A DNA stretch of 64,000 nt from Saccostrea echinata. Its lineage: Eukaryota. Position numbers and translations under genes: made by a program. The stretch lies in the NCBI RefSeq assembly GCF_033153115.1, contig NW_026889764.1:10230001-10294000 (forward strand). Reading direction: 5' to 3'. Positions 51,412-64,000 of the stretch are shown piece by piece (the first letter of the stretch is position 1; the number at the start of each line of letters is the position of its first letter). The notes below the pieces were generated by a model. That model made no database searches and was not told the DNA's origin. It saw nothing but the letters and a program-made list of their open reading frames with translations.

Positions 51412-51972
51412 TCACATGATGTAGTAGTTCTTCATTCTCTAACAAATGATGTTAGAAATATTAGTCCTGAAAAATGTGCCGAGAAACTACAAGGGGTGGT
51501 TGAGGTTATTAAACAGAAGTGGAAGGACGTTCACACCATCATATCTCTAACCACACCAAGAGAAGACAACTCCTTGCACAAGGTAAACTGTGAGATCCTG
51601 GATGGGATAATAAAGAGAGACTACATGGAGTATCCTGGAGTTTATATTTCTGACAACGAAAACATGTGGCATGGACATCTACCTACAATCGAACTACTGA
51701 ATCCCAATGATAAATTTCACTTGTCTCCGAAGGGAACATCCATATTAGCGTCCAACACGAAGAGAGCAATGCACACCGTATTAAAAATCGGCAACAACTC
51801 CAAGGGATATACAAATAAGTATCGAAATAGGTCAAACTACAACAACCAGGAAAAGCATTTCCAGGCGAATAACCGTAACAATTACTATAGGAGCAGTTTA
51901 AGCTGGAATCATCAGTACCAGGACGATAATTATAACCGCCAACTTAGAAAAAGTCCGAACTATTTTCGTTGA
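51412..51972 (+). CDS. LINE ORF1 C-terminal part, SGNH esterase-like (5' truncated)
   Basis: VVVLHSLTND (block III-like) and DKFHLSPKGTSILA (DxxH block V-like), followed by an N/R/Y-rich tail. Confidence 0.7.
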   Translation, partial: SHDVVVLHSLTNDVRNISPEKCAEKLQGVVEVIKQKWKDVHTIISLTTPREDNSLHKVNCEILDGIIKRDYMEYPGVYISDNENMWHGHLPTIELLNPNDKFHLSPKGTSILASNTKRAMHTVLKIGNNSKGYTNKYRNRSNYNNQEKHFQANNRNNYYRSSLSWNHQYQDDNYNRQLRKSPNYFR

Positions 51973-52121
51973 GCATGGAAAGGGCCATCAACACAAGGGT
52001 GGTTAATTGTAATTCAAGTTGTTCTGTAGATCTGAAACTGGTGAACCTTAAAATTATAACTTAGTTAATTTTCTTTATTTGTTTAAATTTTATCACAGTA
52101 GAATACAGTTAAGGGTCCAAA

Positions 52122-55100
52122 ATGGACAAGTATATGTATAAAAATAGCATAAAAATTTGTTATTGGAATGTTGGAGGAATTTTTACACAGGGTGAGAATA
52201 AACTAAATGACAAATTATTTTTGAAGGAGGTGAAAAACTATGATATTATTATATTAAGTGAAACACATGTTGGGTATAATACCAATCTTTTTATTGATGG
52301 TTTTACATACTTCCCTGTATGTAGGGACATGTCTGCAAATGGAAGATTTTATGGGGGAATTGGCATTTTTCGTAAAAATTGTATTAAGGAACATATTAAG
52401 TTATTACCAGGTACCCAGAAAGATTTTCAGTGGATTAAGATAGAAAAAAGGTTTTTTAATCTTCAAAATGATATTTATCTTTGTGCATGTTACATTCCAC
52501 CTTCGAATTCAACTTACTTTCAAAAGTTAAATTATGATGTTATTGAAATTATTGAGAAAGATGTTAATAAGTTTAAGTATAAGGGGGAAATTATGATTTG
52601 TGGGGATATGAATGCACGCACTGCTTCATCAGATGATTTTATAGAACATGATGATGTAAGGTACCTTCCTCTTTGTAAAACATATAAGATTGATGATAAT
52701 TTTTGTAAACGTAGTAATCGTGATGTCATTTTAAATGAAAGAGGTAAAGAATTGATTGATTTTTGTATAAGTAATCAGTTGAGAATTATTAATGGTAGAT
52801 GTATGGGGGATATTTTTGGTGATTACACATGTTTTAACACACATGGTCAAAGCACAATTGACTACCTTGTTGCAAGTGAACACTTAGTTAAACAAATTCT
52901 ATATTTTAGGGTATCAAATTTTATCCCAACTCTTTCTGATTGTCACTGTAAAATATCATGGGAAGTTTTAGCAAAATTTAAGGAAATTAATTCAAATGCT
53001 ACTAATGCCAGAACCTTGCATCCCGCCCCTCAAAATTTTAAATGGAATGAAGATTCCCCTATTAAATTTCAGATGGCTCTAAGTTCAGATAGGATACAAG
53101 AAAAAATCAAGTCTTTTTTAGATTCTTTTATTACAGAATCTACTTCTACTGATATCGAGAAAAAGGCAGAAGAATTCAATGACATTATCATAACTGCTGC
53201 TAACATGTCATTAAATAAGCCAGGTCATAAAAGTAAGAATATTAAAAAGCATAAAAATAAAAAGTGGTTTGATTCAGACTTGCAAACAATGCGCCGTAGA
53301 TTGATTGCGCATGGAAAAATTTATAGCATATTTCCAAAGGATCCAGTTGTTAAGAATCATTACTACAGACTTCTTAGAGAGTACAATAAATTAAGAAAAT
53401 TTAAGCGTAAAAATTTCCAAAACTCCATTCTAAATCAACTTGATGCACTTCAAAATAAACAACCAAAACAATATTGGAAATTAATTAATGACCTAAAAGA
53501 TAATAATAAAGACAATTCTGCTGCAAACATAGATTCTGAAACGTGGGTAAATCATTTTCGCAACCTTCATTCTGTTTGTGATAACTCTTTTAAATCAAGG
53601 ATACAAGAGCTAGATTCAATTTTGGCTGACATGGAGAAAAATCCATCCTTTAATGAACTGGATTTCAAGATTTCACATAAGGAAATTGTAGATGCAATAG
53701 CAAATTTAAAATATGGAAAAGCCAAGGGGCTTGATTTGATATCTAATGAAATGTTAAAACATAGTCAGTCCTATTTACTCTCCTGTATACATAAGCTCTT
53801 TAATAGTTGTTTCACATATGGTATTTATCCTCAAACTTGGAGTAACGGGTACATAAGTCCAATTTTTAAGTCTGAGGATCCAAACAACCCTGCAAATTAT
53901 AGGGGTATTACAATTACCAGCACACTTGGCAAGTTATTCAACAGCATTCTGAACTCTAGATTAGATAAATTTCTTAAAGAACATAATCTAATTCACCAAT
54001 CTCAAATGGGTTTTACCAAAGATGCAAGAACATCTGATCATCTATTTGTGCTTAGGTGTTTAATTGATAAATACTGTAGCTTAAAAGAAGGAAGACTATA
54101 TGCTTGTTTTATTGACTTTCATAAAGCTTTTGACAGTGTTATCCACACAGGATTAAAGCTCAAATTACTTCACATGAATGTTGGATCTAAATTTTATAAT
54201 ATTATAAGTAATATATATAAGAATAGTCAGGCATGTGTGAAAATTGGAAGGTTCTTCTCGGATCCATTTCCAATAGCTATAGGTGTCCGTCAAGGGGATA
54301 ACTTGAGCCCTTCTTTATTTAAAATATTTATAAATGATTTTCCATCATATTTAGATTCATGTATTGATGAAGTATCACTTCAGACAAAAACTGTTAACTG
54401 TTTAATGTATGCAGATGACATTGTTATTTTATCAGCATCAGCTCAAGGTATACAAGCAAGACTTTCTAAACTTGAAAAGTATTGCTCTGATTGGTGTTTA
54501 AAGGTAAACATTCAAAAAACTAAAGTCATGATCTTTAATAAAGCTGGTCGTAATTTCACGCAAAAACTAATGTTTCAAAATAATAGGATAGACTGTGTAT
54601 CTAGGTACAAATATCTTGGAGTTCACCTAACTGCATCTGGAAGTTTTCATGTAGCAAGATCAGAGCTTTATAAAAAGGCGTTAAAAGCATATTATAAACT
54701 GAGAAATGATTTTATTAATTTGAATCCTGGGATTAAAACGAGTATACATGTATTTGACTCTACTATTAAACCAATTCTTTTGTATAATGCAGAGGTGTGG
54801 GGTGCAAGTAATATCAATACTGAAAGATTCCTAAAATGCCAAAAGTTAGAAGTTGAAGACTGTTTCAGAAATCTACTTTGTGAAAGAATACACCTTAAAT
54901 TCTGTAAATATATTCTTGGTGTTCATAAGAAAAGTACAAATTTTGCAGTATTGTCTGAATTGGGAAGGTTCCCCCTGCATTATGATATTGTCAAATTGTT
55001 AATCAAAAGTTGGTATAGATTTGAAAATTTGTCCACAGAATTTCCTTTACTTAAAGATGCATATGAATGTAGTAAAAATCTTTATGTACATGGAAAGAAC

Positions 55101-55649
55101 TCATGGTTCGCATTTGTACAGAAATTAAGAAATATACTGAATATCAAAGATGAAGTAATTTGTTATGGGAAGCATAAATTTAAGTCACTCTGTCATAAAA
55201 CCATATTAGATTATTATATAAAAAATTGGTATACAAGTCAACAAAGTTATACTGATGGTAAATTAAGCACATATGTAAAACTCAAACAAAATTGGGGTTA
55301 TGAGAATTATTTATCAGTAGTTAAAAATTTTCATCACAGAAAATCTCTATGTAAATTAAGAATTTCTTGTCACAGATTGCAAATTGAAGTGGGAAGATTT
55401 ACCAACATCCCTCGTGAAGATCGATTATGCAATAGATGTAACTCTAACAGTGTAGATGATGAAACTCATTTTCTCATAACATGTAAAAAATATGATCATC
55501 AAAGAAAAGAAATTTTTCAATCAATTAAAAGTAAATTTCCCAATTTCTCGGCATTAGATGATGAACAAAAACTTTTTTGGTTACTCAATACTGAAGACAA
55601 AGAAACTCTTAATTCTGTGGGCAAATTCATAAATGATAACATGTTGTAG
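52122..55649 (+). CDS. LINE ORF2: AP endonuclease + reverse transcriptase + C-terminal Cys/His motif
   Basis: APE motifs (WNVGG, LSETH, GDMNA, SDHC-like SDCH), RT motifs (NYRGIT, FIDFHKAFDSV, GVRQGDNLSP, YADD) and C-terminal RLCNRC...DETHFLITC. Confidence 0.96.
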   Translation: MDKYMYKNSIKICYWNVGGIFTQGENKLNDKLFLKEVKNYDIIILSETHVGYNTNLFIDGFTYFPVCRDMSANGRFYGGIGIFRKNCIKEHIKLLPGTQKDFQWIKIEKRFFNLQNDIYLCACYIPPSNSTYFQKLNYDVIEIIEKDVNKFKYKGEIMICGDMNARTASSDDFIEHDDVRYLPLCKTYKIDDNFCKRSNRDVILNERGKELIDFCISNQLRIINGRCMGDIFGDYTCFNTHGQSTIDYLVASEHLVKQILYFRVSNFIPTLSDCHCKISWEVLAKFKEINSNATNARTLHPAPQNFKWNEDSPIKFQMALSSDRIQEKIKSFLDSFITESTSTDIEKKAEEFNDIIITAANMSLNKPGHKSKNIKKHKNKKWFDSDLQTMRRRLIAHGKIYSIFPKDPVVKNHYYRLLREYNKLRKFKRKNFQNSILNQLDALQNKQPKQYWKLINDLKDNNKDNSAANIDSETWVNHFRNLHSVCDNSFKSRIQELDSILADMEKNPSFNELDFKISHKEIVDAIANLKYGKAKGLDLISNEMLKHSQSYLLSCIHKLFNSCFTYGIYPQTWSNGYISPIFKSEDPNNPANYRGITITSTLGKLFNSILNSRLDKFLKEHNLIHQSQMGFTKDARTSDHLFVLRCLIDKYCSLKEGRLYACFIDFHKAFDSVIHTGLKLKLLHMNVGSKFYNIISNIYKNSQACVKIGRFFSDPFPIAIGVRQGDNLSPSLFKIFINDFPSYLDSCIDEVSLQTKTVNCLMYADDIVILSASAQGIQARLSKLEKYCSDWCLKVNIQKTKVMIFNKAGRNFTQKLMFQNNRIDCVSRYKYLGVHLTASGSFHVARSELYKKALKAYYKLRNDFINLNPGIKTSIHVFDSTIKPILLYNAEVWGASNINTERFLKCQKLEVEDCFRNLLCERIHLKFCKYILGVHKKSTNFAVLSELGRFPLHYDIVKLLIKSWYRFENLSTEFPLLKDAYECSKNLYVHGKNSWFAFVQKLRNILNIKDEVICYGKHKFKSLCHKTILDYYIKNWYTSQQSYTDGKLSTYVKLKQNWGYENYLSVVKNFHHRKSLCKLRISCHRLQIEVGRFTNIPREDRLCNRCNSNSVDDETHFLITCKKYDHQRKEIFQSIKSKFPNFSALDDEQKLFWLLNTEDKETLNSVGKFINDNML

Positions 55650-56977
55650 TAGTCATACAGTTTTATATATAGTATTCCCTTTAACTGAAATAGTACAATA
55701 TTATTGTTGAAATGAGTAATGTCATTTACAAGTTGTTATACTATCCATTGGCATATCTTTTCTTTATTATTGTAATAATTTCATACTTGTCTGTTATGGG
55801 CTCTAAATTAGAAAATAAATGTTCTGTTCTGTTCTGTTCTGTACTTAAATGTCTACATTATGATAGAATTTCATTACGACTGTGCTTCATTAACTTTTAT
55901 CAAAGAAATGTACTGCGAAACCTGTACTCATCTATATAGATTCGTGATTGATTAAAGTATATTATGGCGCTTTAAATTAGTGTGAAGAATTCAAGTTTCT
56001 GTTAGCATTCACCTATAAGTGACGTTTGTTGTCATTAATCCACCCGATCCTTAGCTCAGTATCAATTTTAGGATGAAGTTCATTGGTTATATATTACCCC
56101 CAAGCAGAAGTTCTGGAGGGCATGCCCATGTCTGGGATATTATATTCTCTTAAACTGTTACATGGCATATCTTCAGAAAAACCAAAGGTCATGACACAAA
56201 TCTAGATCACAATCACATAGTTTGAACTCATTCCAATTATTGCACTTTCAAAGGTATTGTCCGAAAACGACCTGAATGAGATATGGCCTTGATTAAACGT
56301 TTTGACACACCAACGACATATTCAGGTTTGAGTCCTCTAAAAGAGTTATGGACGGACAGACAAACAATAATGTCAAAACCAAAATCTTGTCCCTTAAGTG
56401 GTACAAACCTCGAGGGCCATAAATTTGGTTCAGGGAGAGAATCTCAAAGTCGATAAAGCAATGCGGAAGAAGTTTGTACAATTACCATAATACTTTAGGG
56501 GGGTAAAATGACACGTAAAAAATCTTTCGACTCGGACAAAACATCAGTAATTAAACTTAAAGTAGAGCAAAAATATTTAAACTTGATTTCGATCTTACAT
56601 ATATCGGAGGTCAAAATATCTCCAAAAAATTAGGCTATACGCATGTTCTTGTGGAATAAAAGAAAGTTAAGAAATAAATCCCGCTTTTTAAATTCTTTCT
56701 TTAAATTCAAAACCTTTATTTTTTGACCTAATTTTTTAGGATTACCAGAAGTTTCAGATTTTACTTATCAATTGTAATAAATAGCATTATAAGAATTGAC
56801 TTACACTTTTAGAGAAGAGTTTGACCCCTTGAGGTTTGAGAATTATCGGATTAAAACAATTATATAAATCAAAACCAATAAAATAAGAATTGTATGCTTA
56901 ATTGTGTCATTAAAAACGGAACCTATCCCCCGAAATCAAGTCATGTTCCGGCTCATCTTTGTGTATATTCTTATGGT

Positions 56978-57441
56978 TGTTCAAGGTAATATTCTCCTTT
57001 CTTGATCTATTTATTTAATAATAACTTAATAAATGAATCAGTGTAGGAAAAATTATTGTAGAGAAATTAAAGATAAATCATTCTGTTCTTCGAATATTTT
57101 GCTAAAATCAAGGGAAAAAAAGAATATCACTCAAACAGTAATTGTAATACAGTGGTTGAAAATCTTAATATCGAAGTTTTATATATAATAATATAATAAT
57201 TTTTACAGTCTGTTCAAGGTAATATTCTCCTTTCTTGATCTATATTTAATAATAGCTTAATAAATAATTCAATGTAGAAAAAATTATTGTTGAGAAATTA
57301 AAAACAAATCATTCTGTTCTTCGAATATTTGGCTAAAATCAAGGGAAAAAAAGAACATCACTCAAACAGCAGTTGTAATACAATGGTTGAAAATCTTAAT
57401 ATCGAAGTTTTATATATAATAATATAATAATTTTCACAGTC
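56978..57441. repeat. Tandem duplication, ~233-bp unit x2
   Basis: TGTTCAAGGTAATATTCTCCTTTCTTGATCTAT starts at both 56978 and 57211, and similarity continues through the unit. Confidence 0.9.
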
Positions 57442-57810
57442 TTTTGAATTAAGGAAACCGAGGTAATAAAAAAAATTTAAAGCATTTTTTTATGAATCAA
57501 AGCAGACAAAATACAAAATAAAAAAAAACAAAAAACAAAATAAAGTACATGATATTAATTAATACGATTTGCATGTTTAATTAAATGTATTGTATCGTGC
57601 AATAATTTGACTATGCTATGGTACATGCACATAATATAAATTTTTTTAAGATAAGAAATGGCATGGATCTCATCAGGATATATTTATTTTGCTTTCTGTT
57701 ATAACTGATTTATAGAATATTGATACTTGACTTTCCCAATGACGTTGAGATCTTTGATTAAATGTATAACTACTGAATTGACAATTAACCTAAAGGGAGG
57801 AACATGTTTA

Positions 57811-58831
57811 CGAGGGTCCTCCCAAAATTCCGTAGACTGAGCTCATATTTTTCACAGAAATTAATGTATCTTTATTAAATTTTGGGGGGGTGTTGGCAGA
57901 TAAATAATGAATTAAATAATGAAGTTTTAAGACGATTACTTCAAAACAATTCAAATGATAAGAATTGAAATGTTATCGTTCCCTAAAACCCGGAGCAATC
58001 TCCTCCGAATGTTAACTGTTCAGATTTTTTTGAGGAAATACACTAAATACCAGAATCAAATTCTTTAATTAATATAGATATAATTGTGAAATATCTTAAT
58101 CATTACGATATGATTAAACATTAAAATGTATGAACAAAGTATGTGAATGTACACGTATGATATAATAATATTTTGAAAACTCTGTTTCTACTAGTTTTTC
58201 GTCTGTCTCCTATATTGGAGTTGCACAGTGTCACTCTTGCCCGATTCTTCGGTCGATCTTCTTCTTCTTTTTTTTTTTTTAGTTTACCTTCTCCACATAC
58301 TTAGAGAAACCGTTCCAGTCATTTTAATAAACTAAGGACCAGAAAACATTTCCATGTGTATCGAATATTTATGACTTATAGATTTCTGTAGGATTGAATT
58401 CAGAAGGAAAACAGTCCAGTGAGCCGCCTGTGTCAACACAGCCGTCATTTTTCAATAAGTCAAATTTCAACGTTGTAAAATTCATATTCGTTAAAGCATA
58501 TATAGGCCTATACACAAAAATTTGAGAAAAGGTGATTAATAATACAATATTAAGAATATTCAATTCCATTCGTGAAATACTGAGCAGTGAATACTTTTTC
58601 GCAGGATTTTAAATATTATCTAACGATTTTTAATTGCAATTTTTAGATACTGCGCCGCCTTCTTACATTCAAATATTTTATTTAAATAGGTTTAATCTGT
58701 GTATTTACACAATGTTTGTCCATAAATTAATTAGTTATTGTTGTTTTAATCTATGTACAAAGTTTCATTAATTTATGACACCGGGATCCTACAAAACTAC
58801 GCTTGTCTACAGAATTTTGGGACGACCCTCG
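57811..58831. mobile_element. Non-autonomous mariner-like element
   Basis: TA|CGAGGGTCCTCCCAAAATTCCGTAGAC ... GTCTACAGAATTTTGGGACGACCCTCG|TA. Confidence 0.85.
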
Positions 58832-60413
58832 TAATAAAATAAAATTATATTTTCACGATAAATGGGAAACCATTTAGAAAGCAAGTTCTTAATAAGTCTA
58901 ATGTAACTTCACCTAGATTTCTGGACACTTTATGTTTGACCCAGTTGTATAGCTTACAACTGAATGGGTGGTCCATATCTTGACACAAGGTCATCTGGAA
59001 AATGTCAAGGTCAAAGAGATTACAGTTGAAAAATTTGTGTCCATTCCATACTTTGAAGGGGAGAACACTGTAAATTTAAAACAACGCCAAAGTCTCACAT
59101 AGAATTTGAAAGTACAGACTTTATATCGAATGAAGGTAAACACAAAATTTCCATGAAAAACCTAACCATGTTTCAAATTTTAATTTACTTTCACCAATAA
59201 ATTCAAAATTTACAAGTTGATATCTGGTCAACAACTTTGTAAATGAGAAACACCCAAAATTCACGACTGGAAGCTAAGTCATAATCCTAAATCATATACA
59301 TTTGAAGGTCACAGAAATGTGCAACTGCAATTCTTTTTATTATGCAGTTTATATACACTTTTTTCAAATATGGACTGTTGTGGGAATACCCTTAATAGAA
59401 TCATTAACACAGCTAGGACAGATGTAATTTAGTTTGGTCAACTTTGTCTTCTGCGCATGTATAACTGAACCACACTCGGGGGATTCAATGAGTTCATGAA
59501 TAAATAACACAAACTTTTTTTTCTCAGAAATCAGCAATATTTCTCATATAAATTTATATTCAAATGGGTACTAACCTGAATAATGTTTGCCAGGTAAAAT
59601 GAGAAAATTTTGTTAAGATTTTGTCACAATGTTTAAAATGTGCGCAAAATCTTGTATAGAGTTACATAGAAAACGACACAAGGTCGCATATCTTAGCACC
59701 AAAGAAAACTTATGATTTCTTTATATTTTAGGGATTTATTAATTTAAGTAATTTCTATTCCAAATCAGTCAAAATATATACATATAAATCCAGGCATCAA
59801 TTTTTTGTTTGTGTTATGTATCCTTAAAGAAGAAACTAAATCCTTTGATACTTCAAGACGTGACGATCGTGGTTGTAATGATGAATAAGTATTATGTCAG
59901 ACATGTACTGTAAATTTTAATTTACCGCAGGTGGGAGTAAAATCATATTGTTATTTTTTTTTACTACCATCCGATAAAACAAAGACAGTAACAAGATACT
60001 AAGCATTTATATTTATCAATTAATAATAAATATTTTCTATGTACCGGTACATATTTGATTAATTTTCAATAGACTTTAGGGAAGACAAACGTAATATATA
60101 TATTTTATTTAACGTTTTCTCAATGCATGTATAGGATACCGGAGAAGAAGTATAGAATCTTAGTGAAATATAAAGTAATTTCAAACCGTGAAACATAATC
60201 TTGGTATTTTTGAAGTGATTTAAGAACCCCACTTTCTGACGGATTATATTACAGGACAAATTACATTAATACTTTCTAACAAAGATTATATTTAAGCTAG
60301 GGCAGGTCAATTAAACAAGTTCAAATTAGGTCCAAGTGTTTTATTTTGGTTGTTCAATAATCCATTTTGTAGAATTAGATAGACTACTGTAAAATTGTTT
60401 TAATTCGTTGGGG

Positions 60414-60450
<37 letters not shown>

Positions 60451-60699
60451 AGAATGTTTGAACATTAAGGCGCGTGAGAACGTTATTTCTTGGACGAACG
60501 TCTTTTATTAGATTTCACCTAAAATTCAGCATTCATTAAACTTTCAAATCCGTGGGTAAGCACAATAACGAAATCAACAGAAATTGGACCCCCAAAAATT
60601 ATGATTCCAAAGCATTTGAAATTGACAAGTTAGCAGTTTTATTTCATTTTCTAAACAAACTATTGGGCAATATTTCATAGTATGAGAGAAATTTAAAAA

Positions 60700-61484
60700 A
60701 AAAAGCCCAAGGGCCACAGACTTTTTCTGGGTCACCAAAGCCCTTGTGTTCTTCAGAATATTCCCCCTTTTAATCCCATGAAAAAATATGACCCCATATT
60801 TTGACCCAACCCTAGCTCCAACTGGTTATGACTTAGGCAAACTTGAATCCACGGACAAGGAGATTCTGAATATCATTATGACTAATGCCTTGCTGTTTCA
60901 GAGAGAGAATTTCTAAAGATTTTTTCCTCTATATATTAATCTCCACCAAAACCCCCGTGTCTACATATATGACTGAACAAACTTGAACCCACATGACATT
61001 GGTGTGTTTGCATTTCCTATAGTATAGTGTCGCCCTGCTGCGTTTTTTTTTTTTTTTTTTTTGGTTTTGTTTTTAATTAATTTCCTATACATTCCAACGT
61101 AAAATTTTGAATACCTATTTCCCACCTTTTATATAGTCATAGAGGCCATGATCTAAAAAATATGAATCTGAGCTATGATGGGATGTTTGCATAATAATGA
61201 GTTTTAATAATACCCCTCTACATGTATATTAATTCTTGAGAAGAATAATACATCGTTTTGATTCCGTATTGTTGCCTCAATCTATCCTGTAAGGGATGAT
61301 TTTGAACAAACTTGAATATTCACTACCTTAGGTTGTTTGAACAATGATACTAATAATTAGTTAATTAAGGCCTTTTTTGTTCTTGAGAAGATTTTAAAGA
61401 TGTTTTCCAAAATAAATCTACATCTATCTCTTGTTGTAATTCCATTGGAAAAGCTTCCCACTTGAGCGCTTAGGTGAGCTAAAA
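60700..61484 (-). mobile_element. Degenerate HINE-like element with tandem units
   Basis: Repeated AACAAACTTGAA-type units and the terminus TTAGGTGAGCTAAAA. Confidence 0.6.
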
Positions 61485-61606
61485 ACTGTCCCATTAGATG
61501 GATGTCTTTGCAAGCAAGTTGGGATCTAGAATTACTAGTACATTCATGTATAAAGCTATTTTAATTATTAATTATTCCTATTAAATATTTTGCTTTTATC
61601 TTTCAG

Positions 61607-63881
61607 GTAGCTACGGCGTTTTGTTTTATACACCAAACGCGTATAGTTACCACAAAGTAAGTAGATACGGAATAACATGTGCCGGGAAGAATTACGTCAC
61701 TTTCAGAGTGAGGGCCTGTAATGACGCTCACTTGGCACTGATGACGTATGATCGTGACAATGGTCCGCTTTACGAGATCGTCATCGGGGGTTGGGGGAAC
61801 GGAAAATGTTGCTTACGTAAGGGCAAACAAGGACATTGCTACAGGGAGTATAGAGGACGAGTTCTCAGCTGCAGTTCATACAACTACTTTTGGGTCTCAT
61901 GGGGAGGGAACAGGATCAAACTAGGGAGAGGTACCACATACGGTTCGAGCACTCTCATGGATTTCCCGGACTCCTCGATAAGAGTGAACTACCTGGCTGC
62001 CAGTACTGGATGGGGTGCCACGGGATACTGGGAGTTCTCCGATCCACCAAGTAAATAAATAGAATAGGACTAACATTGAATCAATTCTTATTGTAGTTCA
62101 ATTTTAAAAAAAATTTCAAGGGGGAAAAAGCAAAAGAAAATGCATTTAGCTGCAATCAAATGAAAATTATAATTTGGTAAAAAGGAATATACACTGACCT
62201 TAGGGAATGGTGAAGAAACAATCATAACTTTAAAATCATTATTTCAAGTTGTAAAAAAAAAAAATTTCAGTTAATGGTGGCTGGTCGTCGTGGTCTGGAT
62301 ATGGATCTTGCAGTAGGAATTGTGGATCTGGATCACAATCCAGAAGTCGGAGTTGTACAAATCCCAGACCATCCAACGGTGGAAGATCTTGTTCAGGGTC
62401 ATCGACATCGTCACGAAGCTGCAATACCCACAGCTGCGCAGGTATATAACAATATACAAAATTTTCTAAATTTTGTACATCAATGCAACATATTTTAAAG
62501 ATTATAAATTTTCTCACTCAAGTGTAATGAAATGCTTAATATATTCATTGCCATTTAATTGCATACAGTTTTTATCATTGTTCTCCCAATATATTGAATA
62601 TCAGCTCTTCTTATTTAAGTCAATGGTGGCTGGTCGTCTTGGTCCGGATACGGATCCTGCAGTAGGAATTGCGGATCTGGATCACAAACCAGAAGTCGTA
62701 GTTGTACAAACCCAAGGCCCGCTCACGGTGGAAGATCTTGTTCCGGATCATCGACATCGTCACGAAGCTGCAACACCCATAGCTGTCCAAGTATACACCA
62801 CTACGTAAAATTTTCTACATCCCATAAAACAATTCCACATATTTTAAAATATACATTTAAGGATGTATCAATTTTTTCACTCATGTGCAATGGAAAGGCT
62901 GAATTCATTGCATTTTAATTTTAAATAATTCTATCATTGTTCACTCAAATTTTCCAGCTCACCCTGTGTTTTGAATATGAATTCTTTTCTAAGTCAATGG
63001 TGGATGGTCGTCTTGGTCCGGATATGGATCCTGCAGTAGGAACTGTGGATCTGGAAGTCAATCCAGAAGTCGTAGTTGTACAAATCCAAGGCCCGCTCAC
63101 GGCGGAAGATCTTGTTCCGGATCATCGACATCGTCACGAAGCTGTAACACCCACAGCTGCGCAGGTATATACATGTATCACTAATGTTTTTATCTTGTAA
63201 ATCACATCCAGGTATCATTTAGTATGCGACATATTGATAGTCCAATTCGTGTAATGAAAGGTTGATAATAATTGCAGTTTTTATCTACTAGTAACATTGT
63301 CCATCCATCAGGTTCTCTTAATCAGCAGTAAAGTCACTTTCAATGAGATATATAAAATAAATCAATTTTTCAGCAATAATAATTAATGACTACAGGGATG
63401 TGTATATTCACATCTCTATGTACCATTTTGAGTAACAAACATTAAATACGCTGCAAAAGGTTATACTAGTATATCCACAGTTATTATCATAAATCATACA
63501 GACACGTATAAATAAAGGTTCACCTAAATAGGAACTGTTGTTCATAAGGATATTAAATTCCTAGTTAAATCTGAAACCTAATAAATATACATACTAATTG
63601 TCGTTCATTAATTTCCTATTTTTATATGATTTTAATGTGTCTTTAATGAATTTCAACGCAATAACATAACATTGTCACCTGAATACACACAAAGATTTGA
63701 TTTTTTAAAGTTAATGGCGGATGGTCATCTTGGTCCGGATATGGATCCTGTACAAGATCTTGCGGAACTGGAAAACAGTCAAGAAGTCGTAGTTGTACAA
63801 ACCCAAGACCCGCTCATGGTGGAAGATCTTGTTCCGGATCATCGACATCATCACGAGACTGCAACACCCACAATTGTCCAG
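61607..63881 (+). CDS. FAMeT-like (Methyltransf_FA) domain + at least 4 thrombospondin type-1 repeats; partial gene
   Basis: Phase-1 exon 61607-62050 ([13 protein letters not shown]...[10 protein letters not shown]...FWVSW...[12 protein letters not shown]), then four 171-nt phase-1 exons 62271-62441, 62620-62790, 62994-63164 and 63711-63881 ([40 protein letters not shown]). The first exon was not located and the gene appears to continue off-window. Confidence 0.9.
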
Positions 63882-64000
63882 GTATACATACAAGATTTGT
63901 AGCATTTTTGAATGATTTTTTTTACCTTATACGAAAGAGCAAAAGTCTTATTCGGTTGTAACGAAATGAAATACTTCAATCTCCCTAAATACTTTAAAAT

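Larger units (their letters stand above)
51410..55842 (+). mobile_element. 5'-truncated non-LTR retrotransposon, RTEX-like
   Basis: Partial esterase-type ORF1, intact ORF2, short 3' UTR, AATAAA and a (GTTCT)4 tail at 55821-55842. Confidence 0.88.

Noticed and set aside
59540-59935. Candidate first exon(s) of the FAMeT-TSP1 gene
   Set aside because: Donor-like sites exist, but no phase-1 signal-peptide exon could be built.
62239-63905. Repeated ORFs such as [15 protein letters not shown]... and their antisense ORFs
   Set aside because: Wrong-frame or antisense readings of the TSP1 exons.

Overview
AT-rich, intron-containing eukaryotic DNA. The repeat families and gene content suggest a bivalve mollusc, probably an oyster (inference). 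I reconstructed these genes by hand from splice sites and reading-frame phase: the 5' part of acetoacetyl-CoA synthetase (AACS, - strand), with an ORF-intact Ty3/Gypsy LTR retrotransposon downstream of its 4th exon; a stand-alone death-domain gene (+); NF-YB (-), which has a U12-type intron and lies head-to-head with UBL4A (+); a TCTA-like small membrane-protein ORF whose exon appears to splice onto UBXN6 (+); a 6-exon type-I receptor with a SEFIR/TIR-like tail (-); an RTEX-like LINE with intact ORF2; and the start of a FAMeT-domain + TSP1-repeat gene (+). Many MITEs, Helentron-type (HINE) repeats, a SINE and two assembly gaps lie between them. The top candidate for novelty is a TCTA-like/UBXN6 bicistronic transcript, in which a single in-frame TAG separates the two ORFs after splicing. 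A PAM2-like motif in the Gypsy integrase tail is also notable. All family assignments come from motif recognition, not from database searches.
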